Origin: a virus
Taxonomy: Duplodnaviria > Caudoviricetes
Strand: one strand, 5' to 3'
IMG/VR virus record: IMGVR_UViG_3300045257_000193
Coordinates: 357 to 64,356 of that record
DNA: 64,000 bases
Part shown: positions 9,806-19,344 of the stretch, one piece after another
How the letters are laid out: each line of letters begins with the position of its first letter
Numbering within the stretch: position 1 is the stretch's first letter
Position numbers and translations under genes: made by a program
The notes under the pieces: generated by a model
The model's input: the letters and a program-made list of their open reading frames with translations, nothing else
Told to the model about the DNA's origin: nothing
The model's database searches: none

Positions 9806-11110
9806 ATGAAAGAAGAAGTAAAAAAACAAGATCCAGTAGAAGCAATGATCGCTACTCAATTGGAAAGATTTGAAGTAAAGCCAGAAGAACTACAGGCAAT
9901 AGTAAAACAATATTCAGAACTAGTTGTAACTGGTGTAAATGATAAGTCCGGTAGAAAAGCAGTTTCAGAAGCCAGAAAGCACTTAAAAAGATTACGCACC
10001 GGTATTGACAACAATAGTAAAGAGTTTAGAGAAAATTTCAACAAAGTTTCAAAAGCTATTATTGGAAAGGCAAAAGAACTAGTTTCAATTGTTTCCCCAG
10101 AAGAAGAACGACTAGAGCGTATCGAAAAAGATATTGAAGAAGAGGAGGAGGAAATTGCCCGCGTTAAAGCATTCGAAGAACAGGAACGAATTATTGCTCG
10201 AACAAAGCTATTAGAAGGCTATGGCGCCACTTTCAACGGTGTTCAGTATCAACTCGGAGATAATACCATAACAATCGCTGAGGTTCGCTTATTTACCGAT
10301 ACAGAGTTTAATAGGGTTGAGACTTTCTTCAGGGAGGATTATGAAAACTTTGAGCAGTTAAAACTACAGGCGGAACTGGACCGTATCGCTTTCATAAAAG
10401 AACTTTCAAATGATGCAGCAGTATTCATAATAGACCTTGGTTTTAAACCAGAAGATTTTCCACATAAAGAATTTGAAACTATAGAAGAGCTTGATGATTT
10501 TAAAGTTTGGGCAGAAAATAAGATCGCCAAAGAAAAGAAAGATAAAATCGATGCAGAAAATAAACGCATTGCCGACGAAGAACTAAAAGCAGAACAAGCG
10601 CGCCTGGCAGAAATTGCAGCAAAGCAGAAAGCTCAACAGGATGAACTAGACCGCAAGCAGAAAGAACTAGATGATCAATTGGCGTCGGTTAAAGCTCAAC
10701 AAGAGAAGGATGCTTACAATGCAAAGGTAAATCTATTTGAATCGCGTAGATCTCAATTATTAAACACCCCAAACCTAATACACAAAGCAGTTATAGATAA
10801 TATTGGCTCTGGATTTTATTCATTAAATGATGAAATATGGATATCATTTCTTCATGGATGTAAAAATGACTTTGAAAAAGAGCAAGAGCGCCTCGCAATA
10901 GAAGCAGAAGAAACTGCAGCTGCAGAAGAAAAGCGCCGTGCTGAAATGGAACCGGACGTAGATGTTTTAAAACAAATCGCTGTGGATATTAAAGGCTCAA
11001 TTGTAGATCATAAAATGAAGTCATCAAAAGGCCAAGCAGTTATAAATAACATCAACGAACTGAAACGTAAGACTATAACTTACATCGAAGAACAAATTAA
11101 ATCACTTTAA
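9806..11110 (+). CDS. Long coiled-coil protein (DUF1351-like N-terminus)
   Basis: YSELVV..ARKHLKRLRTGID pattern; extended E/K/A heptads. Confidence 0.6.
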   Translation: MKEEVKKQDPVEAMIATQLERFEVKPEELQAIVKQYSELVVTGVNDKSGRKAVSEARKHLKRLRTGIDNNSKEFRENFNKVSKAIIGKAKELVSIVSPEEERLERIEKDIEEEEEEIARVKAFEEQERIIARTKLLEGYGATFNGVQYQLGDNTITIAEVRLFTDTEFNRVETFFREDYENFEQLKLQAELDRIAFIKELSNDAAVFIIDLGFKPEDFPHKEFETIEELDDFKVWAENKIAKEKKDKIDAENKRIADEELKAEQARLAEIAAKQKAQQDELDRKQKELDDQLASVKAQQEKDAYNAKVNLFESRRSQLLNTPNLIHKAVIDNIGSGFYSLNDEIWISFLHGCKNDFEKEQERLAIEAEETAAAEEKRRAEMEPDVDVLKQIAVDIKGSIVDHKMKSSKGQAVINNINELKRKTITYIEEQIKSL

Positions 11111-11448
11111 TGGAAAACACCCTTACAATACCCCTAGTAAAACACACCACAGGCAATTCAAAGCCAAATCAACTATTAGGAGCCGGATCTAAATTCTTTA
11201 AACTTGTATTTACCGATGAAATAATAAATCATTTGGGCAGGGAAGTTAAAGTAAATCTACGGCTCAATGATGCCAACTTCCCATGCATCGTAATCGAAAA
11301 GTTCGGGCAGATAGATCATGGTACACCTAGTATTATTTCAGGAAAGACTCTTCGCATTCCATCCAAGTTAGTGGATGAATGGTGTGATCTAGGTGATTAC
11401 AACGTGGAGTTCGGGGTGGAGTGTATCGTATTAACTAAAAATAATTAG
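11110..11448 (+). CDS. Hypothetical protein
   Basis: Coupled ORF (TAATG). Confidence 0.55.
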   Translation: MENTLTIPLVKHTTGNSKPNQLLGAGSKFFKLVFTDEIINHLGREVKVNLRLNDANFPCIVIEKFGQIDHGTPSIISGKTLRIPSKLVDEWCDLGDYNVEFGVECIVLTKNN

Positions 11449-11457
11449 TGTATATTA

Positions 11458-11605
11458 TTTGATTATTCCGAAGTAAATAATTAGTTTTGATTCAAGAATC
11501 GATCTGACACTATAGATTCAAAAAACATTAAAAGAATTGCCATTCTCAGAAAATTACCGAAGTCAGATCCGGTGAGAAGTACGTGGATGGCATCTTTATT
11601 TTATT
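11458..11605 (+). promoter_or_regulatory. Promoter plus two-hairpin kissing-loop leader 1
   Basis: TTTG(11458)-N20-TAGTTTTG(11482); loop GATCTGAC 11501-11508 complementary to loop GTCAGATC 11562-11569; stems GAATC/GATTC, TGCCAT/ATGGCA, TTCTC/GAGAA, ACCG/CGGT. Confidence 0.7.
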
Positions 11606-11791
11606 ATGGCAGAATATAAATTATCTGATTTCTACGACGAAGAAACAGTTGAAGAAATCAAGGATCAATCAGGTCTTGGCGATGCGGTTTTATTGCCAGC
11701 AGAAAATCTATCAGACCTTATGAAGGCGGAATTTTTATGTGAGATATTCAATAAATTCACACTTGCTCAATTGCAGGAAAAACTTAAATAA
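11606..11791 (+). CDS. Small acidic hypothetical protein
   Basis: 61 aa, first ORF after leader 1. Confidence 0.55.
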   Translation: MAEYKLSDFYDEETVEEIKDQSGLGDAVLLPAENLSDLMKAEFLCEIFNKFTLAQLQEKLK

Positions 11792-11792
11792 C

Positions 11793-12215
11793 ATGGAAAC
11801 AATTAATGCATCAGAATTATCTGTACTTCTTGATATTGACAAGAAGTCTGCAGTAAAAAAGATTGTATTTTGCCTTGACAAAAACAATATATGGTACGAT
11901 ATAGATGACACTAAAAATGTGTCTGTTAGCACCGAAATTCTAAGCAAGCACCTTGGTGTTGATTTCAACTTTTATATTAAAAATATACAGGAAAAGTACT
12001 TGACATCGCCAACTACAAGGGGGTTTATTTTTAATTATCCGATTAATGAAAAATTAAAGCTTAATCCAAAAACTAAGACTTATCCAAAGACAGTGTCTAT
12101 TCCGAGATATATTTCACAGTTTTTGACAGACGATCAAAAAGAGACCATTGTTCAGGAATGGAAGGATAGATATAATTCTCAAAAGGATTTCATAAATGTA
12201 ATTTTCAAGAAGTAA
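11793..12215 (+). CDS. Hypothetical protein (possible N-terminal HTH)
   Basis: METINASELSVLLDIDKKSA; ATG at 11793. Confidence 0.55.
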   Translation: METINASELSVLLDIDKKSAVKKIVFCLDKNNIWYDIDDTKNVSVSTEILSKHLGVDFNFYIKNIQEKYLTSPTTRGFIFNYPINEKLKLNPKTKTYPKTVSIPRYISQFLTDDQKETIVQEWKDRYNSQKDFINVIFKK

Positions 12216-12218
12216 TCT

Positions 12219-13001
12219 ATGGCAAACACAAATACGCACTCATTTAACATTGATGACGCTATAGAGTACGGTGTTCACGAAGCGATACTTCTTTATAATA
12301 TTACTTATTGGGCAAAATACAATAAGGCAAATGGTAAAAATTATTATGAAGTAGATCCAGAACAATATCCAAAACTGTCGGGTCAGAAAAGGTATTTCAC
12401 ATATAACTCCATAAAGGCTTTTAGTGAACTATTCCCTTATTTTTCTGTGGATCAAATAAGATTGATTATTAAAAAGCTTTGTGAAAAAGGCGTTTTAATA
12501 AAAGGTTGCTACAACAAATCTTCATACGATAGAACAATTTGGTATGCATTATATGACGAGAAGTCGATTGGGGTAATCACACAAGACCATTTGGTAGAAA
12601 TCCCAAATGAATTTGGTAGAAATCCCAAACCTATACCAGATATAAACACAGATGTAAACTCAGGTATAAATATCATATCTCGAACTATTGCTTTACTGAA
12701 TGAAAAATCAAATTCAAAATATCAGCCTACACGTAAAAGCACAGTTGCAGTAATTAAAGCAAGACTTGCCGAAAAGTTTACGGAAACAGATTTATCATTA
12801 GTTGTGGTTTCCAAAAGTAACCAGTGGTTAAATGATCCAAAAATGTCCGCATTCCTTCGACCAGAAACTCTTTTTGGCAATAAGTTTGAAGGATATTTGA
12901 ACGAAGCTTTGCGTGCGGCGGCAAAACCGAAAGGAACACAGGAATCAATACAAGACAAAGTAGCGGCGGCGGCGGCAACAAGTGAATTTAACCAGAAGTA
13001 A
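12219..13001 (+). CDS. Phage replication initiator (wHTH N-terminus, conserved phage C-terminal domain)
   Basis: YGVHEAILL..LCEKGVL..DRTIWY N-domain; FLRPETLFGNKFEGYLN C-domain; internal iterons. Confidence 0.8.
   Translation: MANTNTHSFNIDDAIEYGVHEAILLYNITYWAKYNKANGKNYYEVDPEQYPKLSGQKRYFTYNSIKAFSELFPYFSVDQIRLIIKKLCEKGVLIKGCYNKSSYDRTIWYALYDEKSIGVITQDHLVEIPNEFGRNPKPIPDINTDVNSGINIISRTIALLNEKSNSKYQPTRKSTVAVIKARLAEKFTETDLSLVVVSKSNQWLNDPKMSAFLRPETLFGNKFEGYLNEALRAAAKPKGTQESIQDKVAAAAATSEFNQK
12567..12672 (+). repeat. Iteron array, probable replication origin
   Basis: ATTTGGTAGAAATCCCAAA at 12589-12607 and 12611-12629 (22-bp period, degenerate copy at 12567); then three 12-bp repeats CAG(A/G)T(A/G)TAAA at 12637-12672. 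Confidence 0.7.
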
Positions 13002-13002
13002 G

Positions 13003-14934
13003 ATGGGTAAACTGAAATTTATACCGGTAAAGGATAAGATCCCTCAAGTTAAGGATTGGCAAACATCAACAGAAGATTTTGAAATAACCGGCGATCGCGG
13101 ACTTGTTACAGGGTTATTATCAGACAATCTAGAGGTTCTTGATTTTGATTTAAAGCACGAAGTAATTAAAGGCACATTAATGCCAGCGTATAAAGAAATG
13201 GTTTTGTCTTACGATAAAAACCTTTTAAGTCGCTTAACTGTACAAAAAACGGCAAACGGTGGATATCACTTTATGTACCGTTGTGAGGAAATTGAAGGGA
13301 ATTTAAAATTAGCATCGAGAGGAGTAACAACTGAAGAGAAGTTAATCAGTCCACATTTGAAGGTGATGGTGCTAATTGAGACTCGCGGACTTGGAGGACA
13401 GGTTGTTGTAAGTCCAACTCCTGGATATGAAATAATACAAGGTACTTTAGAAACAATTCCTACAATCACAGTAAAACAACGAGAAATATTAATTACCTGC
13501 GCCCGATCATTCAATGAGTTTGTAGAAGTTGTTAAGCATCAGACAATCCCAAACCCTAGCGGTATGGCAAGAATGTCCCCCTGGGAAGATTTCAATTTAA
13601 GGGGTGATACAGTATCTTTGCTTGAATCTTGCGGTTGGACTCATGTAATGACCAAAGGAAGTAAGATACACTTCAAAAGACCTGGTAGTACAGATGCATT
13701 AACGTCTGGTAATTACGACACAGAAAAGAATATGTTTTCTGTATTCTCCACATCCACGGAATTTGATATAAACAAGGGATATAAGCCATTTGCCGTGTAT
13801 GCGATGTTGAAGCATGGCAACGACGTTAAAGCAGCAGCAAGAGATTTGTATAACCAAAACTATGGAGAGCGCAACGAGTTTAAACCGGCAGAAGAATTAA
13901 AGCCAGCCCGAATTGTTGAGGATGACGACGACTTTAGTTTCCTTTCAGACGAGTCAGATATTGGTCAATACTTGGAACAGGTCCGGAATAATACGTTTGA
14001 ACTTGGTTTATGCATGGGTTCTGCTACTATCGATAAGTACCTTCGATATAAGCGTGGTAATCTCATGATGATAAACGGGTCTGACAACGTAGGTAAAACA
14101 ACTACAATTATCTGGCTGTACGTTCAGTGGTCAAAGGTAAATGGATTGAAATGGTTTATCTATACAACAGAAAATACCAACGGGTCGATAGCGGAGGACG
14201 TTATGGTTTTTTATATAGGTAAGAAATTAGATCAGTGTACTCCGGAAGAATTTTCTGAAGCTAAAAACTTCTTTAAAAAGCACTTCTTTCTGGTGAGACA
14301 AGTTGAAACATCTTTTGATTATGAAGAAGTGATCTTGATGGCCCGGAAAATGATAAGCAAGTACAGTATCGACGGCATGTTAATAGATCCTTTTTATAGT
14401 GTGCTTGGTGATATTAATGAGCAGAAGACGAGCGATCACGCATATCAGTATAAAGTTATAAGGGCTGTCAAATCATTTGGTCGAATGAACGGCGTTTCAA
14501 CATATATAAACATTCACTTAGCAACAGCCGCTTCACGTAAAGTAGATGCAGACGGCCATATGATTGCGCCTCAAAAGTCTGATTCTGAAGGCGGCAATAA
14601 GGGGTCTAACGTTGCTGACGAGTTCATTACTATACACAGAAAGACTCAGCACCCGGAACACTGGATGATAACTGAACTCCACGTTAGAAAAATTAAAGAG
14701 CGTAAAACTGGAGGTATGGTAACTCAAATGGATTCTCCAGTTATGCTAAGAATGAATAAGGATTTCTGTGGATTTACTGTAATCGGAGACGAGCAGAAGT
14801 ATGTGGAGCCTAAGAATAGTTTAAGTGAACGCACTCGAATATCTGGAAACGATAATTGGGTAAGTGAACAATCAGATACATTTCAGGACTGGTATAGTAA
14901 AATAGAGAAAGATGACGAGCCAGCACCTTTTTAA
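13003..14934 (+). CDS. Bifunctional Prim-Pol primase fused to SF4 (DnaB-like) helicase
   Basis: LEVLDFD, KTANGGYHF, IETRGLGGQVVVSPTPGY; Walker A GSDNVGKTT; Walker B MLIDP. Confidence 0.85.
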   Translation: MGKLKFIPVKDKIPQVKDWQTSTEDFEITGDRGLVTGLLSDNLEVLDFDLKHEVIKGTLMPAYKEMVLSYDKNLLSRLTVQKTANGGYHFMYRCEEIEGNLKLASRGVTTEEKLISPHLKVMVLIETRGLGGQVVVSPTPGYEIIQGTLETIPTITVKQREILITCARSFNEFVEVVKHQTIPNPSGMARMSPWEDFNLRGDTVSLLESCGWTHVMTKGSKIHFKRPGSTDALTSGNYDTEKNMFSVFSTSTEFDINKGYKPFAVYAMLKHGNDVKAAARDLYNQNYGERNEFKPAEELKPARIVEDDDDFSFLSDESDIGQYLEQVRNNTFELGLCMGSATIDKYLRYKRGNLMMINGSDNVGKTTTIIWLYVQWSKVNGLKWFIYTTENTNGSIAEDVMVFYIGKKLDQCTPEEFSEAKNFFKKHFFLVRQVETSFDYEEVILMARKMISKYSIDGMLIDPFYSVLGDINEQKTSDHAYQYKVIRAVKSFGRMNGVSTYINIHLATAASRKVDADGHMIAPQKSDSEGGNKGSNVADEFITIHRKTQHPEHWMITELHVRKIKERKTGGMVTQMDSPVMLRMNKDFCGFTVIGDEQKYVEPKNSLSERTRISGNDNWVSEQSDTFQDWYSKIEKDDEPAPF

Positions 14935-14984
14935 CCAAAACATTTGTATATATCAATTTAATAGTTTATTTTTGAATCAGAAAT

Positions 14985-15212
14985 ATGTATAGAGTCAACT
15001 TTACCTGCTGGGTCAAACCAAACCCGCTCAATAAAAAACCGGATGTATCAGATTGTATTTCATACTGGTATGAAGAAGTTGGAAATGATATTGAGCAGCT
15101 TAAAGCAAATGCGCGGAAAGCGTGGGGAGAAAATAAAGGTCCAAAGAGATTTAGGCTTTCACAAATAGTGAAAGGCGGAACTGACATACTGATTGAAGAA
15201 CATAACATTTAA
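14985..15212 (+). CDS. Hypothetical protein
   Basis: Follows a TATTTTTG box near 14967. Confidence 0.55.
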   Translation: MYRVNFTCWVKPNPLNKKPDVSDCISYWYEEVGNDIEQLKANARKAWGENKGPKRFRLSQIVKGGTDILIEEHNI

Positions 15213-15215
15213 ACA

Positions 15216-15611
15216 ATGGAATTGATAAAAACAAAGATGGGTAGGGTTGGTAACAACAAGAAATACGAGAATAAATTATTTATGTCAATCCAGCAAACGC
15301 GAGGAACAATGACTGATGATACAGCTAAATTTCTTGGCATTGAAACAGTTGGAATGATAGCGTTTTTTAGGAATGAAGGGAAAATATACATTAGTGTAGC
15401 TAAACTTGGCGATGATGTTTCAGATTACAAAAAAGTTGCAAGAGTTAACGGAAGATTTGGAATGTACACCAAGTCGCTCTGTTCATCTTATGGAGCAATT
15501 AAAGCAGGTGATTACGAAATAAAGATTCCGCCAGTTTCGGTTAATGGGAAAGATTGTTACGAGTTAAAGGTGATCAAGTATAAGCCAAAAAGTAAGGTTA
15601 AAAATAAGTAA
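15216..15611 (+). CDS. Hypothetical basic protein
   Basis: 131 aa ORF in operon. Confidence 0.55.
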   Translation: MELIKTKMGRVGNNKKYENKLFMSIQQTRGTMTDDTAKFLGIETVGMIAFFRNEGKIYISVAKLGDDVSDYKKVARVNGRFGMYTKSLCSSYGAIKAGDYEIKIPPVSVNGKDCYELKVIKYKPKSKVKNK

Positions 15612-15615
15612 AATC

Positions 15616-15851
15616 ATTTCAGCCAAGTATAGTACCTTCGAGTACGTGAGGCTGGGATAAAAACTATCTGCTGAAGATAAACATCCGCTACAAGAGAATG
15701 TGACGTGGAAGTGCTGCTAAGGGCACGTTGTTTATTGTAAGATAAAGTGATTAAAGGTAATGAGTAAGAAACATGTAAAAGTAGTTCTCTCAAACTCCTA
15801 GCGCATTCAGAGTTGCGGCTTTATTCCACTTAGAAATGGACAGATAGTTTT
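15616..15851 (+). ncRNA. Candidate structured ncRNA (~240 nt, multi-stem, possible pseudoknot)
   Basis: ORF-free gap; ATTTCAGCC/GGCTGGGAT hairpin; 11-bp closing helix AAAACTATCTG/CAGATAGTTTT enclosing several further stems. Confidence 0.6.
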
Positions 15852-15863
15852 AATTTATAAAAT

Positions 15864-16196
15864 ATGCCAACACCCTGCCCCAAGCCAGAGAAGCGACAAC
15901 CGAAAGAGAAGAAGCCGCTGAAGCGCGTAGGTAAACCTAATCTAGTTTCCAGTAAACGTATGATTCAGAATGCTGAGTACAAAATCGCAAGAGAAGAATA
16001 CCTTTCGGAATACGTTGTGTGTGAAGTGAAAGAATGCATGCATCCATCGGAACAAATTCACCATAAAAAAGGTCGGACAGGCAGTTTGTTGACAGATAAA
16101 AGATTCTTTCTAGCCGTATGTGCTTACTGTCATGCAGAGATCGAGAATAAGCCTGAATGGGCTAAGAAAATGGGGTATAGTTTAAATAGAATATAG
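15864..16196 (+). CDS. Small Zn-binding HNH nuclease with basic N-terminus
   Basis: CEVKEC..QIHHKKGR..LAVCAYCH. Confidence 0.75.
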   Translation: MPTPCPKPEKRQPKEKKPLKRVGKPNLVSSKRMIQNAEYKIAREEYLSEYVVCEVKECMHPSEQIHHKKGRTGSLLTDKRFFLAVCAYCHAEIENKPEWAKKMGYSLNRI

Positions 16197-16573
16197 TGAT
16201 CAGTAAAAAACCAGTAGCTAAGCGCAGCAAATACGGAAACGTAAAGACAGAATACAGCGGATATAAATATGATTCAAAAGCAGAGGCGCTGTATGCCCAA
16301 CATCTTGATTTAAGAATACGAGCCGGAGAGGTGGAAAAATGGGATCGCCAGGTAGTTGTTCATTTGGATATAGGCAAGGTTAAGATTTGTAAATACATAG
16401 CCGACTTTGTTGTAACGCTTAAAGACGGGTCGGTAGAATGGATTGATGTAAAAGGAGTTAAAACTTCTGTATTCCAAATAAAGCATAAGTTATTAAAGGC
16501 ATTAAGGCCTGATATAAAATTAATACTTATAGAAAAGAAGAAGCCGGCAAAGAAAAATATTAAAAAGAAATGA
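16196..16573 (+). CDS. DUF1064-family PD-(D/E)XK endonuclease
   Basis: SKYGN..YDSKAEA..KYIADF..IDVKG. Confidence 0.8.
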   Translation: MISKKPVAKRSKYGNVKTEYSGYKYDSKAEALYAQHLDLRIRAGEVEKWDRQVVVHLDIGKVKICKYIADFVVTLKDGSVEWIDVKGVKTSVFQIKHKLLKALRPDIKLILIEKKKPAKKNIKKK

Positions 16574-17265
16574 GAATAGTAGCAATAGGGGATACTCACG
16601 GACGAGACACGTGGAAGAAAATTGTTGATAAAGAAATGGATGCAGATAAAATTGTATTCATGGGAGACTACTTTGATAGCAAGGATAATATCAACGCTGA
16701 AATTCAAAAGTTAAACTTTAAAGAAATTTGCGAGATAAAGCAGTTGTATCCTGAAAAGTTCATTTTGTTATTTGGCAATCATGATTTTCATTATATCAGA
16801 GGTATACGCGAACAATATAGCGGATTTCAGGAATGGCAAATGACTGATATTGGGGAGTTAGTCCATAATGCCATAGATAAAAATATAGTGCAGATGTGCT
16901 ATATGAACGGAAACTTTATGTTTACTCACGCAGGAGTTACTAAAACTTGGTGTGAAAACAATGGAATAGATTTGTCACAGGATATCGAAGAAGCAATAAA
17001 TCTAAAGTTCTATTTTAATCCTGCAGCATTCAAGTTTAAGGCTGGCAAAAACGCTAGTCAATATGGTGATGATGTTACTCAATCCCCAATATGGGTAAGA
17101 CCATCAAGCTTATTAGAGGATCAGATAAACGATTATATACAGATTGTTGGCCACACAGTTCAGAAAGAAATTGTTGACTATATAGCATTAAGTTTAATTG
17201 ATACGATCGAAGTTGGTGAGTATTTATCAATAACTAACGGGAAGCGTAAAACAGAAAAACTATGA
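16570..17265 (+). CDS. Calcineurin-like metallophosphoesterase
   Basis: GDTHG, GDYFD, GNHD, HAG, VGHT. Confidence 0.9.
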   Translation: MRIVAIGDTHGRDTWKKIVDKEMDADKIVFMGDYFDSKDNINAEIQKLNFKEICEIKQLYPEKFILLFGNHDFHYIRGIREQYSGFQEWQMTDIGELVHNAIDKNIVQMCYMNGNFMFTHAGVTKTWCENNGIDLSQDIEEAINLKFYFNPAAFKFKAGKNASQYGDDVTQSPIWVRPSSLLEDQINDYIQIVGHTVQKEIVDYIALSLIDTIEVGEYLSITNGKRKTEKL

Positions 17266-17867
17266 GCGAACTAGATTTCTCCGGACTATACTGGAATGCA
17301 CATAATACAAAGAAGCCACTGGTAGATTTATACCCAGAGATAAACCAATACCCAGAACTTCGCTACGGCGGCATATACAAACAGGATAGTATACTAAAGT
17401 ATATAAATTACCTATACTCAGAAGGAACGCCGCTAATCAAGAAGTTCAAGGATAACCTTTTAGCTAGAAAGACGGAAGCGCTAAAACTTGCCGGTATAAA
17501 ACTTAATGACCATGTAAAATCAGATCTATTCGAATTTAAGGATCCGGAATTTACCAAGGCAGTTGTAAAGTTCCTGGCAATTCAGAATAACCCTCTTTGG
17601 GCCAATATTGTGGTGGATAATCAATTCATGGAGGATAACATGCTTATCGTGTTATCGCAATCCTTAGATGGCAAAGACAAGGATATTGCACAGACAGCAA
17701 AGATTAAAGGTGATCTGCTTAGGATAAATTCGGAAGTACGCGATCGATTGACTGGATATTACAAGGAGTTCTTTAAAAATGATACCGCACTTCAGAATGC
17801 GGCTAAGAAAGTAGAGTTTAGGGCAACAAATCCCGAAAGCGTGGCTAAAATCAATAGAGACTTTTAA
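17262..17867 (+). CDS. Hypothetical protein (possible terminase small subunit)
   Basis: Helical ~200 aa protein upstream of TerL; function inferred from position only. Confidence 0.35.
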   Translation: MSELDFSGLYWNAHNTKKPLVDLYPEINQYPELRYGGIYKQDSILKYINYLYSEGTPLIKKFKDNLLARKTEALKLAGIKLNDHVKSDLFEFKDPEFTKAVVKFLAIQNNPLWANIVVDNQFMEDNMLIVLSQSLDGKDKDIAQTAKIKGDLLRINSEVRDRLTGYYKEFFKNDTALQNAAKKVEFRATNPESVAKINRDF

Positions 17868-17868
17868 T

Positions 17869-18165
17869 ATGGATACCGGAGAAAAATCACCCAAACCAAT
17901 TGATAATATAGCAATAGGTGTAAATAACACCCCTACTGGATTATCAAATCATGATATAAAATGGAGTATAACAACCGATCACAGACTTATTATTAAAAAG
18001 CCTTTACAAATAAATTGGGAACCAAAAGAAGATATTACAACATATGAATTAGCTCAATGCCAAAATATATTAATGATAATATCAAGAGGGCCAATAATGC
18101 CAGAATGGATAGATATGACACCTACATACATGCGCCACTTTAATATAATAGATCCAAACAAATAA
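17869..18165 (+). CDS. Hypothetical protein
   Basis: WEPKEDITTYELAQC motif; in operon. Confidence 0.55.
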   Translation: MDTGEKSPKPIDNIAIGVNNTPTGLSNHDIKWSITTDHRLIIKKPLQINWEPKEDITTYELAQCQNILMIISRGPIMPEWIDMTPTYMRHFNIIDPNK

Positions 18166-18176
18166 AACCTAAAACT

Positions 18177-18521
18177 ATGTGTACATCTACTACAATATCG
18201 CCAGAAGAAGTTATCGATATCATTTGTCAATTCTACGAACTAGATGTTGAAAAATTAGTCAAGAGAAAAGAAACCGGACGGCATCACCGTTCTAAAGAAT
18301 ACGTAAAAGGACGCCAATTCTTCGCATACTGGATGATGAAAAACACAGAATTATCTCAAACAAAAGTTGGAAGATACTTAGATGGTGTTGACCATTCCAC
18401 GATCAGCCATTCAGTTGATACCGTTTTAGAAGAAATGAACTTGTATTCTCGCTATAAAAAGGAGATATTTACTTTAAATCAGCTAATACAGGAAAGAGAA
18501 GCAGCATTAGCAGTAGCATAA
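18177..18521 (+). CDS. DnaA domain IV-like HTH protein
   Basis: RQFFAYWM..SQTKVGRYLDGVDHSTISHS matches the DnaA C-terminal RDHTTV signature. Confidence 0.8.
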   Translation: MCTSTTISPEEVIDIICQFYELDVEKLVKRKETGRHHRSKEYVKGRQFFAYWMMKNTELSQTKVGRYLDGVDHSTISHSVDTVLEEMNLYSRYKKEIFTLNQLIQEREAALAVA

Positions 18522-18523
18522 AT

Positions 18524-18787
18524 ATGGCAAAGATGTTCATACCATACATGGGTAAGTTAGATGGAAGTGCATTTGTTCCTTGCTCAGATATAAAATTGAA
18601 AACCAAGAAAAGGCTGAATAGAAAAGCTTGGTTATTTTATAAAAATAAACCATTAGGCAGACTATCCAGAGCTATGTTTGTTTCAGCAATTGAATATGAT
18701 CTTGCTATTTTAGAGCAACCGCTTAGAATAAAAATGAACAAACTAGTTTTAGATACATTGCTTGATGGATATATAATTGGTAGATAA
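18524..18787 (+). CDS. Hypothetical protein
   Basis: ORF in operon. Confidence 0.5.
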   Translation: MAKMFIPYMGKLDGSAFVPCSDIKLKTKKRLNRKAWLFYKNKPLGRLSRAMFVSAIEYDLAILEQPLRIKMNKLVLDTLLDGYIIGR

Positions 18788-19344
18788 TGGAGCAGGAAGA
18801 AGAAGTAAGAGAGGTGATGATTGAAGGGTATCCGGATTACGGAGTGGATACCCTTGGGAACGTTTGGTCGTATAAGAAGGGTATTAGAAAGAAACTAAAC
18901 CATACAATTGGATCGCATGGATATCCATATATTTCTACATCGGTAAAAAGTGTAGTAAAGAAATTTACAATTCACCGTCTCGTTGCTAAAGCATTTCATG
19001 AAAATCCGGAGAGCAAACCAATGGTTAACCACATAAATGGAATAAAAACCGACAATAGGGCAATCAATTTAGAGTGGTGTAATAATAGTGAGAATTTAAG
19101 GCATGCATATCGTGTAATGAAGGTTGTTCCACACAGTGTAGGAAAGTTTGGCGTTTTGCACCACAATTCTAAGCCAATAATTCAAATGACTAAGAATGGT
19201 GAATTTGTAGCGGAACATGCGGCAATAGCTGAAGCTGCAAGACATATAGGATTAAGTCACACATCTATAATCAAAGTACTATCAGGTAAAGGTTCAACTT
19301 GTGGAGGGTTTACGTGGAAATACAAGGAGGTGACTAGTGTTTAA
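18787..19344 (+). CDS. NUMOD4-HNH-NUMOD1 homing endonuclease
   Basis: IEGYPDYGVDTLGNV; IHRLVAKAF; [18 protein letters not shown]; GGFTWKY. Confidence 0.9.
   Translation: MEQEEEVREVMIEGYPDYGVDTLGNVWSYKKGIRKKLNHTIGSHGYPYISTSVKSVVKKFTIHRLVAKAFHENPESKPMVNHINGIKTDNRAINLEWCNNSENLRHAYRVMKVVPHSVGKFGVLHHNSKPIIQMTKNGEFVAEHAAIAEAARHIGLSHTSIIKVLSGKGSTCGGFTWKYKEVTSV

Noticed and set aside
12964-12978. GCG trinucleotide run
   Set aside because: Short in-frame poly-Ala tail of the initiator; no sign of a regulatory role
15660-15851. Hammerhead ribozyme (CTGAAGA follows a helix; GAAA near the 3' strand)
   Set aside because: No stem III or NUH site between GAAA and the closing helix; group I intron core motifs were also not found
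15864-16196. IscB/OMEGA nuclease
   Set aside because: Only 110 aa, with no PLMP or RuvC motifs
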